Shown piece after piece: positions 45,501 through 63,500 of a stretch of 64,000 nucleotides of DNA. Below the pieces are notes generated by a model. The model was given only the letters and a program-made list of their open reading frames with translations. It had not been told where the DNA came from and made no database searches. Within the stretch, counting starts at the first letter, position 1. Each line of letters starts with the position of its first letter. Both the position numbers and the translations under genes were made by a program. The DNA comes from Eledone cirrhosa. Lineage: Eukaryota. Location: contig OZ024740.1 of the NCBI GenBank assembly GCA_964016885.1, positions 406,844,001-406,908,000 on the forward strand, given 5' to 3'.

Positions 45501-48500
45501 AGTGCACCTCACATTGGTACCTATTACAGACACCAGATATCAATGGAGTGCACCACACATTGGTACCTATTACAGACACCACATATCAATGGAGTGCACC
45601 TCACATTGGTACATATTACAGACACCAGATATCAATGGAGTGCATCTCACATTGGTACCTATTACAGACACCAGATATCAATTGAGTGCACCTCACATTG
45701 GTACCTATTACAGACACCAGATATCAATGGAGTACACCTCACATTGGTACCTATTATAGACACCAGATATCAATGGAGTGCACCTCACGTTGGTACCTAT
45801 TACAGACACCAGATATCAATGGAGTGCACCTCACATTGGTACCTATTACAGACACCATATATCAATGGAGTGTACCTCACATTGGTACCTATTACAGACA
45901 CCAGATACCAATGGAGTGCACCTCACATTGGTACATATTACAGATACCAGATATCAATGGAGTGCACCTCACATTGGTACCTATTACAGACACCAGATAT
46001 CAATGGAGTGCACCTCACATTGGTACCTATTACAGACACCAGATATCAATGGAGTACACCTCACATTGGTACCTATTACAGACACCAGATATCAATGGAG
46101 TGCACCTCACCTTGGTACCTATTACAGACACCAGATATCAATGGAGTGCACCTCACACTGGTACATATTACGGACAGCAGATATCAATGGAGTGCACCTC
46201 ATATTGGTACCTATTACAGATACCAGATATCAATGGAGTGCACCTCACATTGGTACCTATTACAGACACCAGATATCAATGGAGTGTACCTCACATTGGT
46301 ACCTATTACAGACACCAGATATCAATGGAGTGCACCTCACATTGGTACCTATTACAGACACCAGATATCAATGGAGTGCACCTCACATTGGTACCTATTA
46401 CAGACACCAGATATCAATGGAGTGCACCTCACACTGGTACATATTACGGACAGCAGATATCAATGGAGTGCACCTCATATTGGTACCTATTACAGACACC
46501 GGATATCAATGGAGTGCACCTCACATTGGTACCTATTACAGACACCAGATATCAATGGAGTGCACCTCACATTGGTACCTATTACAGACACCAGATATCA
46601 ACGGAGTTCACCTCACACTGGTACCTATTACAGACACCAGATATCAATGGAGTGCACCTCACATTGGTACCTATTACAGACACCAGATATCAATGGAGTG
46701 CACCTCACATTTGTACCTATTACAGACACCAGATATCAATGGAGTGCACCTCATATTGGTACCTATTACAGACACCAGATATTAATGGAGTGCACCTCAC
46801 ATTGGTACCTATTACAGACACCAGATATGAATGGAGTACACCTCACATTGATACCTATTACAGACACCAGATATCAATGGAGTGCACCTCACACTGGTAC
46901 CTAATACAGACACCAGATATCAATGGAGTGCACCTCACATTGGTACCTATTACAGACACCAGATATCAATGGAGTGCACCTCACATTGGTACCTATTACA
47001 GACACCAGATATCAATGGAGTGCACCTCACATTGGTACCTATTACAGACACCAGATATCAATGGAGTGCACCTCACATTGGTACCTATTACAGACACCAG
47101 ATATCAATGGAGTGCACCTCACATTTGTACCTATTACAGACACCAGATATCAATGGAGTGCACCTCATATTGGTACCTATTACAGACACCAGATATTAAT
47201 GGAGTGCACCTCACATTGGTACCTATTACAGACACCAGATATCAATGGAGTGCACCTCACATTGGTACCTATTACAGACGCCAGATATCAATGGAGTGTA
47301 CCTCACATTGGTACCTATTACAGACACCAGATATCAATGGAGTGCACCTCACATTGGTACCTATTACAGACACCAGATATCAATGGAGTGCACCTCACAT
47401 TGGTACCTATTACAGACACCAGATATCAATGGAGTGCACCTCACATTGGTACCTATTACAGACACCATATATCAATGGAGTGCACCTCACATTGGTACCT
47501 ATTACAGACACCAGATATCAATGGAGTGCACCTTACATTTGTACCTATTACAGACACCATATATCAATGGAGTGTACCTCACATTGGTACGTATTACAGA
47601 CACCAGATACCAATGGAGTGCACCTCACATTGGTACCTATTACAGACACCAGATATCAATGGAGTGCACCTCACATTGGTACCTATTACAGACACCAGAT
47701 ATCAATGGAGTGCACCTCACATTGGTACCTATTACAGACACCAGATATCAATGGAGTGCACCTCACATTGGTACCTATTACAAACACCAGATATCAATGG
47801 AGTACACCTCACATTGGTACCTATTACAGACACCAGATATCAATGGAGTGCACCTCATATTGGTACCTATTACGGACACCAGATATCAATGGAGTACACT
47901 TCACATTAGTACCTATTACAGACACCAGATATCAATGGAGTGCACCTCACATTGGTACCTATTACAGACACCAGATATCAATGGAGTGCACCTCACATTG
48001 GTACCTATTACAGACACCAGATATCAATGGAGTGCACCTCTCATTGGTACCTATTACAGACACCAGATATCAATGGAGTGCACCTCACATTAGTACCTAT
48101 TACAGACACCAGATATCAATGGAGTGCACCTCATATTGGTACCTATTACAGACACCAGATGTCAATGGAGTGCACCTCACATTGGTACCTATTACAGACA
48201 CCAGATATCAATGGAGTGCACCTCACATTGGTACCTATTACAGACACCAGATATCAATGGAGTGCACCTCACATTGGTACCTATTACAGACACCAGATAT
48301 CAATGGAGTGCACCTCACATTGGTACCTATTACAGACACCAGATATCAATGGAGTGCACCTCACATTGGTACCTATTACAGACACCAGATATCAATGGAG
48401 TGCACCTCACATTGGTACCTATTACAGACACCAGATATCAATGGAGTGCACCTCACATTGGTACCTATTACAGACACCAGATATCAATGGAGTGCACCTC

Positions 48501-51500
48501 ACATTGGTACCTATTACAGACACCAGATATCAATGGAGTGCACCTCACATTGGTACCTATTACAGACACCAGATATCAATGGAGTGCACCTCACCTTGGT
48601 ACCTATTACAGACACCAGATATCAATGGAGTGCACCTCACATTGGTACCTATTACAGACACCAGATACCAATGGAGTGCACCTGACATTGGTACCTATTA
48701 CAGACACCAGATACCAATGGAGTGCACCTGACATTGGTACCTATTACAGACACCAGATATCAATGGAGTGCACCTCACATTGCTACCTATTACAGACACC
48801 AGATACCAATGGAGTGCACCTGACATTGGTACCTATTACAGACACCAGATATCAATGGAGTGCACCTCACATTGATACCTATTACAGACACCAGATACCA
48901 ATGGAGTGCACCTCACATTGGTACCTATTACAGACACCAGATATCAATGGAGTGCACCTCACATTGGTACCTATTACAGACACCAGATATCAATGGAGTG
49001 CACCTCACATTGGTACCTATTACAGACACCAGATATCAATGGAGTGCACCTCTCATTGGTACCTATTACAGACACCAGATATCAATGGAGTGCACCTCAC
49101 ATTAGTACCTATTACAGACACCAGATATCAATGGAGTGCACCTCACATTGGTACCTATTACAGACACCAGATATCAATGGAGTGCACCTCACATTGGTAC
49201 CTATTACAAACACCAGATATCAATGGAGTGCACCTCACATTGGTACCTATTACAGACACCAGATATCAATGGAGTGCACCTCACACTGGTACCTATTACA
49301 GACACCAGATATCAATGGAGTGCACCTCACATTGGTACCTATTACAGACACCAGATATCAATGGAGTGCACCTCACATTGGTACCTATTACAGACACCAG
49401 ATATCAATGGAGTGCACCTTACATTGGTACTTATTACAGACACCAGATATCAATGGAGTGCACCTCACATTGGTACCTATTACAGACACCAGATATCAAT
49501 GGAGTGCACCTCACATTGGTACCTATTACAGACACCAGATATCAATGGAGTGCACCTCACATTAGTACCTATTACAGACACCATATATCAATGGAGTGCA
49601 CCTCACATTGGTACCTATTACAGACACCAGATATCAATGGAGTGCACCTCACATTGGTACCTATTACAGACACCAGATATGAATGGAGTACACCTCACAT
49701 TGATACCTATTACAGACACCAGATATCAATGGAGTGCACCTCACATTGGTACCTATTACAGACACCAGATATCAATGGAGTGCACCTCACATTGGTACCT
49801 ATTACAGACACCAGATATCAATGGAGTGTACCTCACATTGGTACCTATTACAGACACCAGATATCAATGGAGTGCACCTCACATTGGTACCTATTACAGA
49901 CACCAGATATCAATGGAGTGCACCTCACATTGGTACCTATTACAGACACCAGATATCAATGGAGTGCACCTCACATTGGTACCTATTACAGACACCATAT
50001 ATCAATGGAGTGCACCTCACATTGGTACTTATTACAGACACCAGATATCAATGGAGTGCACCTTACATTTGTACGTATTACAGACACCATATATCAATGG
50101 AGTGTACCTCACATTGGTACCTATTACAGACACCAGATACCAATGGAGTGCACCTCACATTGGTACCTATTACAGACACCAGATATCAATGGAGTGCACC
50201 TCACATTGGTACCTATTACAGACACCAGATATCAATGGAGTGCACCTTACATTGGTACCTATTACAAACACCAGATATCAATGGAGTGCACCTCACATTG
50301 GTACCTATTACAGACACCAGATATCAATGGAGTGCACCTCACATTGGTACCTATTACAGACACCAGATATCAATGGAGAGCACCTCATATTGGTACCTAT
50401 TACGGACACCAGATATCAATGGAGTACACTTCACATTAGTACCTATTACAGACACCAGATATCAATGGAGTGCACCTCACATTGGTACCTATTACAGACA
50501 CCAGATATCAATGGAGTGCACCTCACATTGGTACCTATTACAGACACCAGATATCAATGGAGTGCACCTCTCATTGGTACCTATTACAGACACCAGATAT
50601 CAATGGAGTGCACCTCACATTAGTACCTATTACAGACACCAGATATCAATGGAGTGCACCTCATATTGGTACCTATTACAGACACCAGATATCAATGGAG
50701 TGCACCTCACATTGGTACCTATTACAGACACCAGATATCAATGGAGTGCACCTCACATTGGTACCTATTACAGACACCAGATATCAATGGAGTGCACCTC
50801 ACACTGGTACCTATTACAGACACCAGATATTAATGGAGTGCACCTCACACTGGTACCTATTACAGACACCAGATATCAATGGAGTGCACCTCACATTGGT
50901 ACCTATTACAGACACCAGATATCAATGGAGTGCACCTCACATTGGTACCTATTACAGACACCAGATATCAATGGAGTGCACCTCACATTGGTACCTATTG
51001 CAGACACCAGATATCAATGGAGTGCACCTCACATTGGTACCTATTACAGACACCAGATACCAATGGAGTGCACCTCACATTTGTACCTATTACAGACACC
51101 AGATACCAATGGAGTGCACCTCACATTGGTACCTATTACAGACACCAGATATCAATGGAGTGCACCTCACATTGCTACCTATTACAGACACCAGATACCA
51201 ATGGAGTGCACCTGACATTGGTACCTATTACAGACACCAGATATCAATGGAGTGCACCTCACATTGGTACCTATTACAGACACCAGATACCAATGGAGTG
51301 CACCTCACATTGGTACCTATTACAGACACCAGATATCAATGGAGTGCACCTCACATTGGTACCTATTACAGACACCAGATATCAATGGAGTGCACCTCAC
51401 ATTGTTACCTATTACAGACACCAGATATCAATGGAGTGCACCTCACATTGGTACCTATTACAGACACCAGATATCAATGGAGTGCACCTCTCATTGGTAC

Positions 51501-54500
51501 CTATTACAGACACCAGATACCAATGGAGTGCACCTCACATTGGTACCTATTACAGACACCAGATATCAATGGAGTGCACCTCACATTGGTACCTATTACA
51601 GACACCAGATATCAATGGAGTGCACCTCACATTGTTACCTATTACAGACACCAGATATCAATGGAGTGCACCTCACATTGGTACCTATTACAGACACCAG
51701 ATATCAATGGTGTGCACCTCTCATTGGTACCTATTACAGACACCAGATATCAATGGAGTGCACCTCACATTAGTACCTATTACAGACACCAGATATCAAT
51801 GGAGTGCACCTCACATTGGTACCTATTACAGACACCAGATATCAATGGAGTGCACCTCACATTGGTACCTATTACAGACACCAGATATCAATGGAGTGCA
51901 CCTCACATTGGTACCTATTACAGACACCAGATATCAATGGAGTGCACCTCACACTGGTACCTATTACAGACACCAGATATCAATGGAGTGCACCTCACAT
52001 TGGTACCTATTACAGACACCAGATATCAATGGAGTGCACCTCACATTGGTACCTATTACAGACACCAGATATCAATGGAGTGCACCTTACATTGGTACTT
52101 ATTACAGACACCAGATATCAATGGAGTGCACCTCACATTGGTACCTATTACAGACACCAGATATCAATGGAGTGCACCTCACATTGGTACCTATTACAGA
52201 CACCAGATATCAATGGAGTGCACCTCACATTAGTACCTATTACAGACACCATATATCAATGGAGTGCACCTCACATTGGTACCTATTACAGACACCAGAT
52301 ATCAATGGAGTGCACCTCACATTGGTACCTATTACAGACACCAGATATGAATGGAGTACACCTCACATTGATACCTATTACAGACACCAGATATCAATGG
52401 AGTGCACCTCACACTGGTACCTAATACAGACACCAGATATCAATGGAGTGCACCTCACATTGGTACCTATTACAGACACCAGATATCAATGGAGTGCACC
52501 TCACATTGGTACCTATTACAGACACCAGATATCAATGGAGTGCACCTCACACTGGTACCTATTACAGACACCAGATATTAATGGAGTGCAACTCACACTG
52601 GTACCTATTACAGACACCAGATATCAATGGAGTGCACCTCACATTGGTACCTATTACAGACACCAGATATCAATGGAGTGCACCTCACATTGGTACCTAT
52701 TGCAGACACCAGATATCAATGGAGTGCACCTCACATTGGTACCTATTACAGACACCAGATATCAATGGAGTGCACCTCACATTGGTACCTATTACAGACA
52801 CCAGATATCAATGGAGTGCACCTCACATTGGTACCTATTACAGACACCAGATATCAATGGAGTGCACCTCACATTGGTACCTATTACAGACACCAGATAT
52901 CAATGGAGTGCACCTCACATTTGTACCTATTACAGACACCAGATATCAATGGAGTGCACCTCATATTGGTACCTATTACAGACACCAGATATTAATGGAG
53001 TGCACCTCACATTGGTACCTATTACAGACACCAGATATCAATGGAGTGCACCTCACATTGGTACCTATTACAGACACCAGATATCAATGGAGTGTACCTC
53101 ACATTGGTACCTATTACAGACACCAGATATCAATGGAGTGCACCTCACATTGGTACCTATTACAGACACCAGATATCAATGGAGTGCACCTCACATTGGT
53201 ACCTATTACAGACACCAGATATCAATGGAGTGCACCTCACATTGATACCTATTACAGACACCAGATACCAATGGAGTGCACCTCACATTGGTACCTATTA
53301 CAGACACCAGATATCAATGGAGTGCACCTCACATTGGTACCTATTACAGACACCAGATATCAATGGAGTGCACCTCACATTGGTACCTATTACAGACACC
53401 AGATATCAATGGAGTGCACCTCTCATTGGTACCTATTACAGACACCAGATATCAATGGAGTGCACCTCACATTAGTACCTATTACAGACACCAGATATCA
53501 ATGGAGTGCACCTCACATTGGTACCTATTACAGACACCAGATATCAATGGAGTGCACCTCACATTGGTACCTATTACAGACACCAGATATCAATGGAGTG
53601 CACCTCACATTGGTACCTATTACAGACACCAGATATCAATGGAGTGCACCTCACACTGGTACCTATTACAGACACCAGATATCAATGGAGTGCACCTCAC
53701 ATTGGTACCTATTACAGACACCAGATATCAATGGAGTGCACCTCACATTGGTACCTATTACAGACACCAGATATCAATGGAGTGCACCTTACATTGGTAC
53801 TTATTACAGACACCAGATATCAATGGAGTGCACCTCACATTGGTACCTATTACAGACACCAGATATCAATGGAGTGCACCTCACATTGGTACCTATTACA
53901 GACACCAGATATCAATGGAGTGCACCTCACATTAGTACCTATTACAGACACCATATATCAATGGAGTGCACCTCACATTGGTACCTATTACAGACACCAG
54001 ATATCAATGGAGTGCACCTCACATTGGTACCTATTACAGACACCAGATATGAATGGAGTACACCTCACATTGATACCTATTACAGACACCAGATATCAAT
54101 GGAGTGCACCTCACACTGGTACCTAATACAGACACCAGATATCAATGGAGTGCACCTCACATTGGTACCTATTACAGACACCAGATATCAATGGAGTGCA
54201 CCTCACATTGGTACCTATTACAGACACCAGATATCAATGGAGTGCACCTCACATTGGTACCTATTACAGACACCAGATATCAATGGAGTGCACCTCACAT
54301 TGGTACCTATTACAGACACCAGATATCAATCGAGTGCACCTCACATTGGTACCTATTACAGACACCATATATCAATGGAGTGCACCTCACATTGGTACTT
54401 ATTACAGACACCAGATATCAATGGAGTGCACCTTACATTTGTACGTATTACAGACACCATATATCAATGGAGTGTACCTCACATTGGTACCTATTACAGA

Positions 54501-57500
54501 CACCAGATACCAATGGAGTGCACCTCACATTGGTACCTATTACAGACACCAGATATCAATGGAGTGCACCTCACATTGGTACCTATTACAGACACCAGAT
54601 ATCAATGGTGTGCACCTCACATTGGTACCTATTACAGACACCAGATATCAATGGAGTGCACCTCACATTGGTACCTATTACAAACACCAGATATCAATGG
54701 AGTGCACCTCACATTGGTACCTATTACAGACACCAGATATCAATGGAGTGCACCTCACATTGGTACCTATTACAGACACCAGATATCAATGGAGAGCACC
54801 TCATATTGGTACCTATTACGGACACCAGATATCAATGGAGTACACTTCACATTAGTACCTATTACAGACACCAGATATCAATGGAGTGCACCTCACATTG
54901 GTACCTATTACAGACACCAGATATCAATGGAGTGCACCTCACATTGGTACCTATTACAGACACCAGATATCAATGGAGTGCACCTCTCATTGGTACCTAT
55001 TACAGACACCAGATATCAATGGAGTGCACCTCACATTAGTACCTATTACAGACACCAGATATCAATGGAGTGCACCTGATATTGGTACCTATTACAGACA
55101 CCAGATATCAATGGAGTGCACCTCACATTGGTACCTATTACAGACACCAGATATCAATGGAGTGCACCTCACATTGGTACCTATTACAGACACCAGATAT
55201 CAATGGAGTGCACCTCACACTGGTACCTATTACAGACACCAGATATTAATGGAGTGCACCTCACACTGGTACCTATTACAGACACCAGATATCAATGGAG
55301 TGCACCTCACATTGGTACCTATTACAGACACCAGATATCAATGGAGTGCACCTCACATTGGTACCTATTACAGACACCAGATATCAATGGAGTGCACCTC
55401 ACATTGGTACCTATTGCAGACACCAGATATCAATGGAGTGCACCTCACATTGGTACCTATTACAGACACCAGATACCAATGGAGTGCACCTCACATTTGT
55501 ACCTATTACAGACACCAGATACCAATGGAGTGCACCTCACATTGGTACCTATTACAGACACCAGATATCAATGGAGTGCACCTCACATTGCTACCTATTA
55601 CAGACACCAGATACCAATGGAGTGCACCTGACATTGGTACCTATTACAGACACCAGATATCAATGGAGTGCACCTCACATTGGTACCTATTACAGACACC
55701 AGATACCAATGGAGTGCACCTCACATTGGTACCTATTACAGACACCAGATATCAATGGAGTGCACCTCACATTGGTACCTATTACAGACACCAGATATCA
55801 ATGGAGTGCACCTCACATTGTTACCTATTACAGACACCAGATATCAATGGAGTGCACCTCACATTGGTACCTATTACAGACACCAGATATCAATGGAGTG
55901 CACCTCTCATTGGTACCTATTACAGACACCAGATACCAATGGAGTGCACCTCACATTGGTACCTATTACAGACACCAGATATCAATGGAGTGCACCTCAC
56001 ATTGGTACCTATTACAGACACCAGATATCAATGGAGTGCACCTCACATTGTTACCTATTACAGACACCAGATATCAATGGAGTGCACCTCACATTGGTAC
56101 CTATTACAGACACCAGATATTAATGGTGTGCACCTCTCATTGGTACCTATTACAGACACCAGATATCAATGGAGTGCACCTCACATTAGTACCTATTACA
56201 GACACCAGATATCAATGGAGTGCACCTCGCATTGGTACCTATTACAGACACCAGATATCAATGGAGTGCACCTCACATTGGTACCTATTACAGACACCAG
56301 ATATCAATGGAGTGCACCTCACACTGGTACCTATTACAGACACCAGATATCAATGGAGTGCACCTCACATTGGTACCTATTACAGACACCAGATATCAAT
56401 GGAGTGCACCTCACATTGGTACCTATTACAGACACCAGATATCAATGGAGTGCACCTTACATTGGTACTTATTACAGACACCAGATATCAATGGAGTGCA
56501 CCTCACATTGGTACCTATTACAGACACCAGATATCAATGGAGTGCACCTCACATTGGTACCTATTACAGACACCAGATATCAATGGAGTGCACCTCACAT
56601 TAGTACCTATTACAGACACCAGATATCAATGGAGTGCACCTCATATTGGTACCTATTACAGACACCAGATATTAATGGAGTGCACCTCACATTGGTACCT
56701 ATTACAGACACCAGATATCAATGGAGTGCACCTCACATTGGTACCTATTACAGACACCAGATATCAATGGAGTGTACCTCACATTGGTACCTATTACAGA
56801 CACCAGATATCAATGGAGTGCACCTCACATTGGTACCTATTACAGACACCAGATATCAATGGAGTGCACCTCTCATTGGTACCTATTACAGACACCAGAT
56901 ATCAATGGAGTGCACCTCACATCAGTACCTATTACAGACACCAGATATCAATGGAGTGCACCTCATATTGGTACCTATTACAGACACCAGATATCAATGG
57001 AGTGCACCTCACATTGGTACCTATTACAGACACCAGATATCAATGGAGTGCACCTCACATTGGTACCTATTACAGACACCAGATATCAATGGAGTGCACC
57101 TCACACTGGTACCTATTACAGACACCAGATATTAATGGAGTGCAACTCACACTGGTACCTATTACAGACACCAGATATCAATGGAGTGCACCTCACATTG
57201 GTACCTATTACAGACACCAGATATCAATGGAGTGCACCTCACATTGGTACCTATTGCAGACACCAGATATCAATGGAGTGCACCTCACATTGGTACCTAT
57301 TACAGACACCAGATACCAATGGAGTGCACCTCACATTTGTACCTATTACAGACACCAGATACCAATGGAGTGCACCTCACATTGGTACCTATTACAGACA
57401 CCAGATATCAATGGAGTGCACCTCACATTGCTACCTATTACAGACACCAGATACCAATGGAGTGCACCTGACATTGGTACCTATTACAGACACCAGATAT

Positions 57501-60500
57501 CAATGGAGTGCACCTCACATTGGTACCTATTACAGACACCAGATACCAATGGAGTGCACCTCACATTGGTACCTATTACAGACACCAGATATCAATGGAG
57601 TGCACCTCACATTGGTACCTATTACAGACACCAGATATCAATGGAGTGCACCTCACATTGTTACCTATTACAGACACCAGATATCAATGGAGTGCACCTC
57701 ACATTGGTACCTATTACAGACACCAGATATCAATGGAGTGCACCTCTCATTGGTACCTATTACAGACACCAGATACCAATGGAGTGCACCTCACATTGGT
57801 ACCTATTACAGACACCAGATATCAATGGAGTGCACCTCACATTGGTACCTATTACAGACACCAGATATCAATGGAGTGCACCTCACATTGTTACCTATTA
57901 CAGACACCAGATATCAATGGAGTGCACCTCACATTGGTACCTATTACAGACACCAGATATCAATGGTGTGCACCTCTCATTGGTACCTATTACAGACACC
58001 AGATATCAATGGAGTGCACCTCACATTAGTACCTATTACAGACACCAGATATCAATGGAGTGCACCTCACATTGGTACCTATTACAGACACCAGATATCA
58101 ATGGAGTGCACCTCACATTGGTACCTATTACAGACACCAGATATCAATGGAGTGCACCTCACATTGGTACCTATTACAGACACCAGATATCAATGGAGTG
58201 CACCTCACACTGGTACCTATTACAGACACCAGATATCAATGGAGTGCACCTCACATTGGTACCTATTACAGACACCAGATATCAATGGAGTGCACCTCAC
58301 ATTGGTACCTATTACAGACACCAGATATCAATGGAGTGCACCTTACATTGGTACTTATTACAGACACCAGATATCAATGGAGTGCACCTCACATTGGTAC
58401 CTATTACAGACACCAGATATCAATGGAGTGCACCTCACATTGGTACCTATTACAGACACCAGATATCAATGGAGTGCACCTCACATTAGTACCTATTACA
58501 GACACCATATATCAATGGAGTGCACCTCACATTGGTACCTATTACAGACACCAGATATCAATGGAGTGCACCTCACATTGGTACCTATTACAGACACCAG
58601 ATATTAATGGAGTGCACCTCACATTGGTACCTATTACAGACACCGGATATCAATGGAGTGCACCTCACATTGGTACCTATTACAGACACCAGATATGAAT
58701 GGAGTACACCTCACATTGATACCTATTACAGACACCAGATATCAATGGAGTGCACCTCACACTGGTACCTAATACAGACACCAGATATCAATGGAGTGCA
58801 CCTCACATTGGTACCTATTACAGACACCAGATATCAATGGAGTGCACCTCACATTGGTACCTATTACAGACACCAGATATCAATGGAGTGCACCTCACAT
58901 TGGTACCTATTACAGACACCAGATATCAATGGAGTGCACCTCACATTGGTACCTATTACAGACACCAGATATCAATGGAGTGCACCTCACATTTGTACCT
59001 ATTACAGACACCAGATATCAATGGAGTGCACCTCATATTGGTACCTATTACAGACACCAGATATTAATGGAGTGCACCTCACATTGGTACCTATTACAGA
59101 CACCGGATATCAATGGAGTGCACCTCACATTGGTACCTATTACAGACACCAGATATCAATGGAGTGTACCTCACATTGGTACCTATTACAGACACCAGAT
59201 ATCAATGGAGTGCACCTCACATTGGTACCTATTACAGACACCAGATATCAATGGAGTGCACCTCACATTGGTACCTATTACAGACACCAGATATCAATGG
59301 AGTGCACCTCACATTGATACCTATTACAGACACCAGATACCAATGGAGTGCACCTCACATTGGTACCTATTACAGACACCAGATATCAATGGAGTGCACC
59401 TCACATTGGTACCTATTACAGACACCAGATATCAATGGAGTGCACCTCACATTGGTACCTATTACAGACACCAGATATCAATGGAGTGCACCTCTCATTG
59501 GTACCTATTACAGACACCAGATATCAATGGAGTGCACCTCACATTAGTACCTATTACAGACACCAGATATCAATGGAGTGCACCTCACATTGGTACCTAT
59601 TACAGACACCAGATATCAATGGAGTGCACCTCACATTGGTACCTATTACAGACACCAGATATCAATGGAGTGCACCTCACATTGGTACCTATTACAGACA
59701 CCAGATATCAATGGAGTGCACCTCACACTGGTACCTATTACAGACACCAGATATCAATGGAGTGCACCTCACATTGGTACCTATTACAGACACCAGATAT
59801 CAATGGAGTGCACCTCACATTGGTACCTATTACAGACACCAGATATCAATGGAGTGCACCTTACATTGGTACTTATTACAGACACCAGATATCAATGGAG
59901 TGCACCTCACATTGGTACCTATTACAGACACCAGATATCAATGGAGTGCACCTCACATTGGTACCTATTACAGACACCAGATATCAATGGAGTGCACCTC
60001 ACATTAGTACCTATTACAGACACCATATATCAATGGAGTGCACCTCACATTGGTACCTATTACAGACACCAGATATCAATGGAGTGCACCTCACATTGGT
60101 ACCTATTACAGACACCAGATATGAATGGAGTACACCTCACATTGATACCTATTACAGACACCAGATATCAATGGAGTGCACCTCACACTGGTACCTAATA
60201 CAGACACCAGATATCAATGGAGTGCACCTCACATTGGTACCTATTACAGACACCAGATATCAATGGAGTGCACCTCACATTGGTACCTATTACAGACACC
60301 AGATATCAATGGAGTGCACCTCACATTGGTACCTATTACAGACACCAGATATCAATGGAGTGCACCTCACATTGGTACCTATTACAGACACCAGATATCA
60401 ATGGAGTGCACCTCACATTTGTACCTATTACAGACACCAGATATCAATGGAGTGCACCTCATATTGGTACCTATTACAGACACCAGATATTAATGGAGTG

Positions 60501-63500
60501 CACCTCACATTGGTACCTATTACAGACACCAGATATCAATGGAGTGCACCTCACATTGGTACCTATTACAGACACCAGATATCAATGGAGTGTACCTCAC
60601 ATTGGTACCTATTACAGACACCAGATATCAATGGAGTGCACCTCACATTGGTACCTATTACAGACACCAGATATCAATGGAGTGCACCTCACATTGGTAC
60701 CTATTACAGACACCAGATATCAATGGAGTGCACCTCACATTGGTACCTATTACAGACACCATATATCAATGGAGTGCACCTCACATTGGTACTTATTACA
60801 GACACCAGATATCAATGGAGTGCACCTTACATTTGTACGTATTACAGACACCATATATCAATGGAGTGTACCTCACATTGGTACCTATTACAGACACCAG
60901 ATACCAATGGAGTGCACCTCACATTGGTACCTATTACAGACACCAGATTTCAATGGAGTGCACCTCACATTGGTACCTATTACAGACACCAGATATCAAT
61001 GGTGTGCACCTCACATTGGTACCTATTACAGACACCAGATATCAATGGAGTGCACCTCACATTGGTACCTATTACAAACACCAGATATCAATGGAGTGCA
61101 CCTCACATTGGTACCTATTACAGACACCAGATATCAATGGAGTGCACCTCACATTGGTACCTATTACAGACACCAGATATCAATGGAGAGCACCTCATAT
61201 TGGTACCTATTACGGACACCAGATATCAATGGAGTACACTTCACATTAGTACCTATTACAGACACCAGATATCAATGGAGTGCACCTCACATTGGTACCT
61301 ATTACAGACACCAGATATCAATGGAGTGCACCTCACATTGGTACCTATTACAGACACCAGATATCAATGGAGTGCACCTCTCATTGGTACCTATTACAGA
61401 CACCAGATATCAATGGAGTGCACCTCACATTAGTACCTATTACAGACACCAGATATCAATGGAGTGCACCTCATATTGGTACCTATTACAGACACCAGAT
61501 ATCAATGGAGTGCACCTCACATTGGTACCTATTACAGACACCAGATATCAATGGAGTGCACCTCACATTGGTACCTATTACAGACACCAGATATCAATGG
61601 AGTGCACCTCACACTGGTACCCATTACAGACACCAGATATTAATGGAGTGCACCTCACACTGGTACCTATTACAGACACCAGATATCAATGGAGTGCACC
61701 TCACATTGGTACCTATTACAGACACCAGATATCAATGGAGTGCACCTCACATTGGTACCTATTACAGACACCAGATATCAATGGAGTGCACCTTACATTG
61801 GTACTTATTACAGACACCAGATATCAATGGAGTGCACCTCACATTGGTACCTATTACAGACACCAGATATCAATGGAGTGCACCTCACATTGGTACCTAT
61901 TACAGACACCAGATATCAATGGAGTGCACCTCACATTAGTACCTATTACAGACACCAGATATCAATGGAGTGCACCTCATATTGGTACCTATTACAGACA
62001 CCAGATATTAATGGAGTGCACCTCACATTGGTACCTATTACAGACACCAGATATCAATGGAGTGCACCTCACATTGGTACCTATTACAGACACCAGATAT
62101 CAATGGAGTGTACCTCACATTGGTACCTATTACAGACACCAGATATCAATGGAGTGCACCTCACATTGGTACCTATTACAGACACCAGATATCAATGGAG
62201 TGCACCTCACATTGGTACCTATTACAGACACCAGATATCAATGGAGTGCACCTCTCATTGGTACCTATTACAGACACCAGATATCAATGGAGTGCACCTC
62301 ACATTAGTACCTATTACAGACACCAGATATCAATGGAGTGCACCTCACATTGGTACCTATTACAGACACCAGATATCAATGGAGTGCACCTCACATTGGT
62401 ACCTATTACAGACACCAGATATCAATGGAGTGCACCTCACATTGGTACCTATTACAGACACCAGATATCAATGGAGTGCACCTCACACTGGTACCTATTA
62501 CAGACACCAGATATCAATGGAGTGCACCTCACATTGGTACCTATTACAGACACCAGATATCAATGGAGTGCACCTCACATTGGTACCTATTACAGACACC
62601 AGATATCAATGGAGTGCACCTTACATTGGTACTTATTACAGACACCAGATATCAATGGAGTGCACCTCACATTGGTACCTATTACAGACACCAGATATCA
62701 ATGGAGTGCACCTCACATTGGTACCTATTACAGACACCAGATATCAATGGAGTGCACCTCACATTAGTACCTATTACAGACACCATATATCAATGGAGTG
62801 CACCTCACATTGGTACCTATTACAGACACCAGATATCAATGGAGTGCACCTCACATTGGTACCTATTACAGACACCAGATATGAATGGAGTACACCTCAC
62901 ATTGATACCTATTACAGACACCAGATATCAATGGAGTGCACCTCACACTGGTACCTAATACAGACACCAGATATCAATGGAGTGCACCTCACATTGGTAC
63001 CTATTACAGACACCAGATATCAATGGAGTGCACCTCACATTGGTACCTATTACAGACACCAGATATCAATGGAGTGCACCTCACATTGGTACCTATTACA
63101 GACACCAGATATCAATGGAGTGCACCTCACATTTGTACCTATTACAGACACCAGATATCAATGGAGTGCACCTCATATTGGTACCTATTACAGACACCAG
63201 ATATTAATGGAGTGCACCTCACATTGGTACCTATTACAGACACCAGATATCAATGGAGTGCACCTCACATTGGTACCTATTACAGACACCAGATATCAAT
63301 GGAGTGTACCTCACATTGGTACCTATTACAGACACCAGATATCAATGGAGTGCACCTCACATTGGTACCTATTACAGACACCAGATATCAATGGAGTGCA
63401 CCTCACATTGGTACCTATTACAGACACCAGATATCAATGGAGTGCACCTCACATTGGTACCTATTACAGACACCATATATCAATGGAGTGCACCTCACAT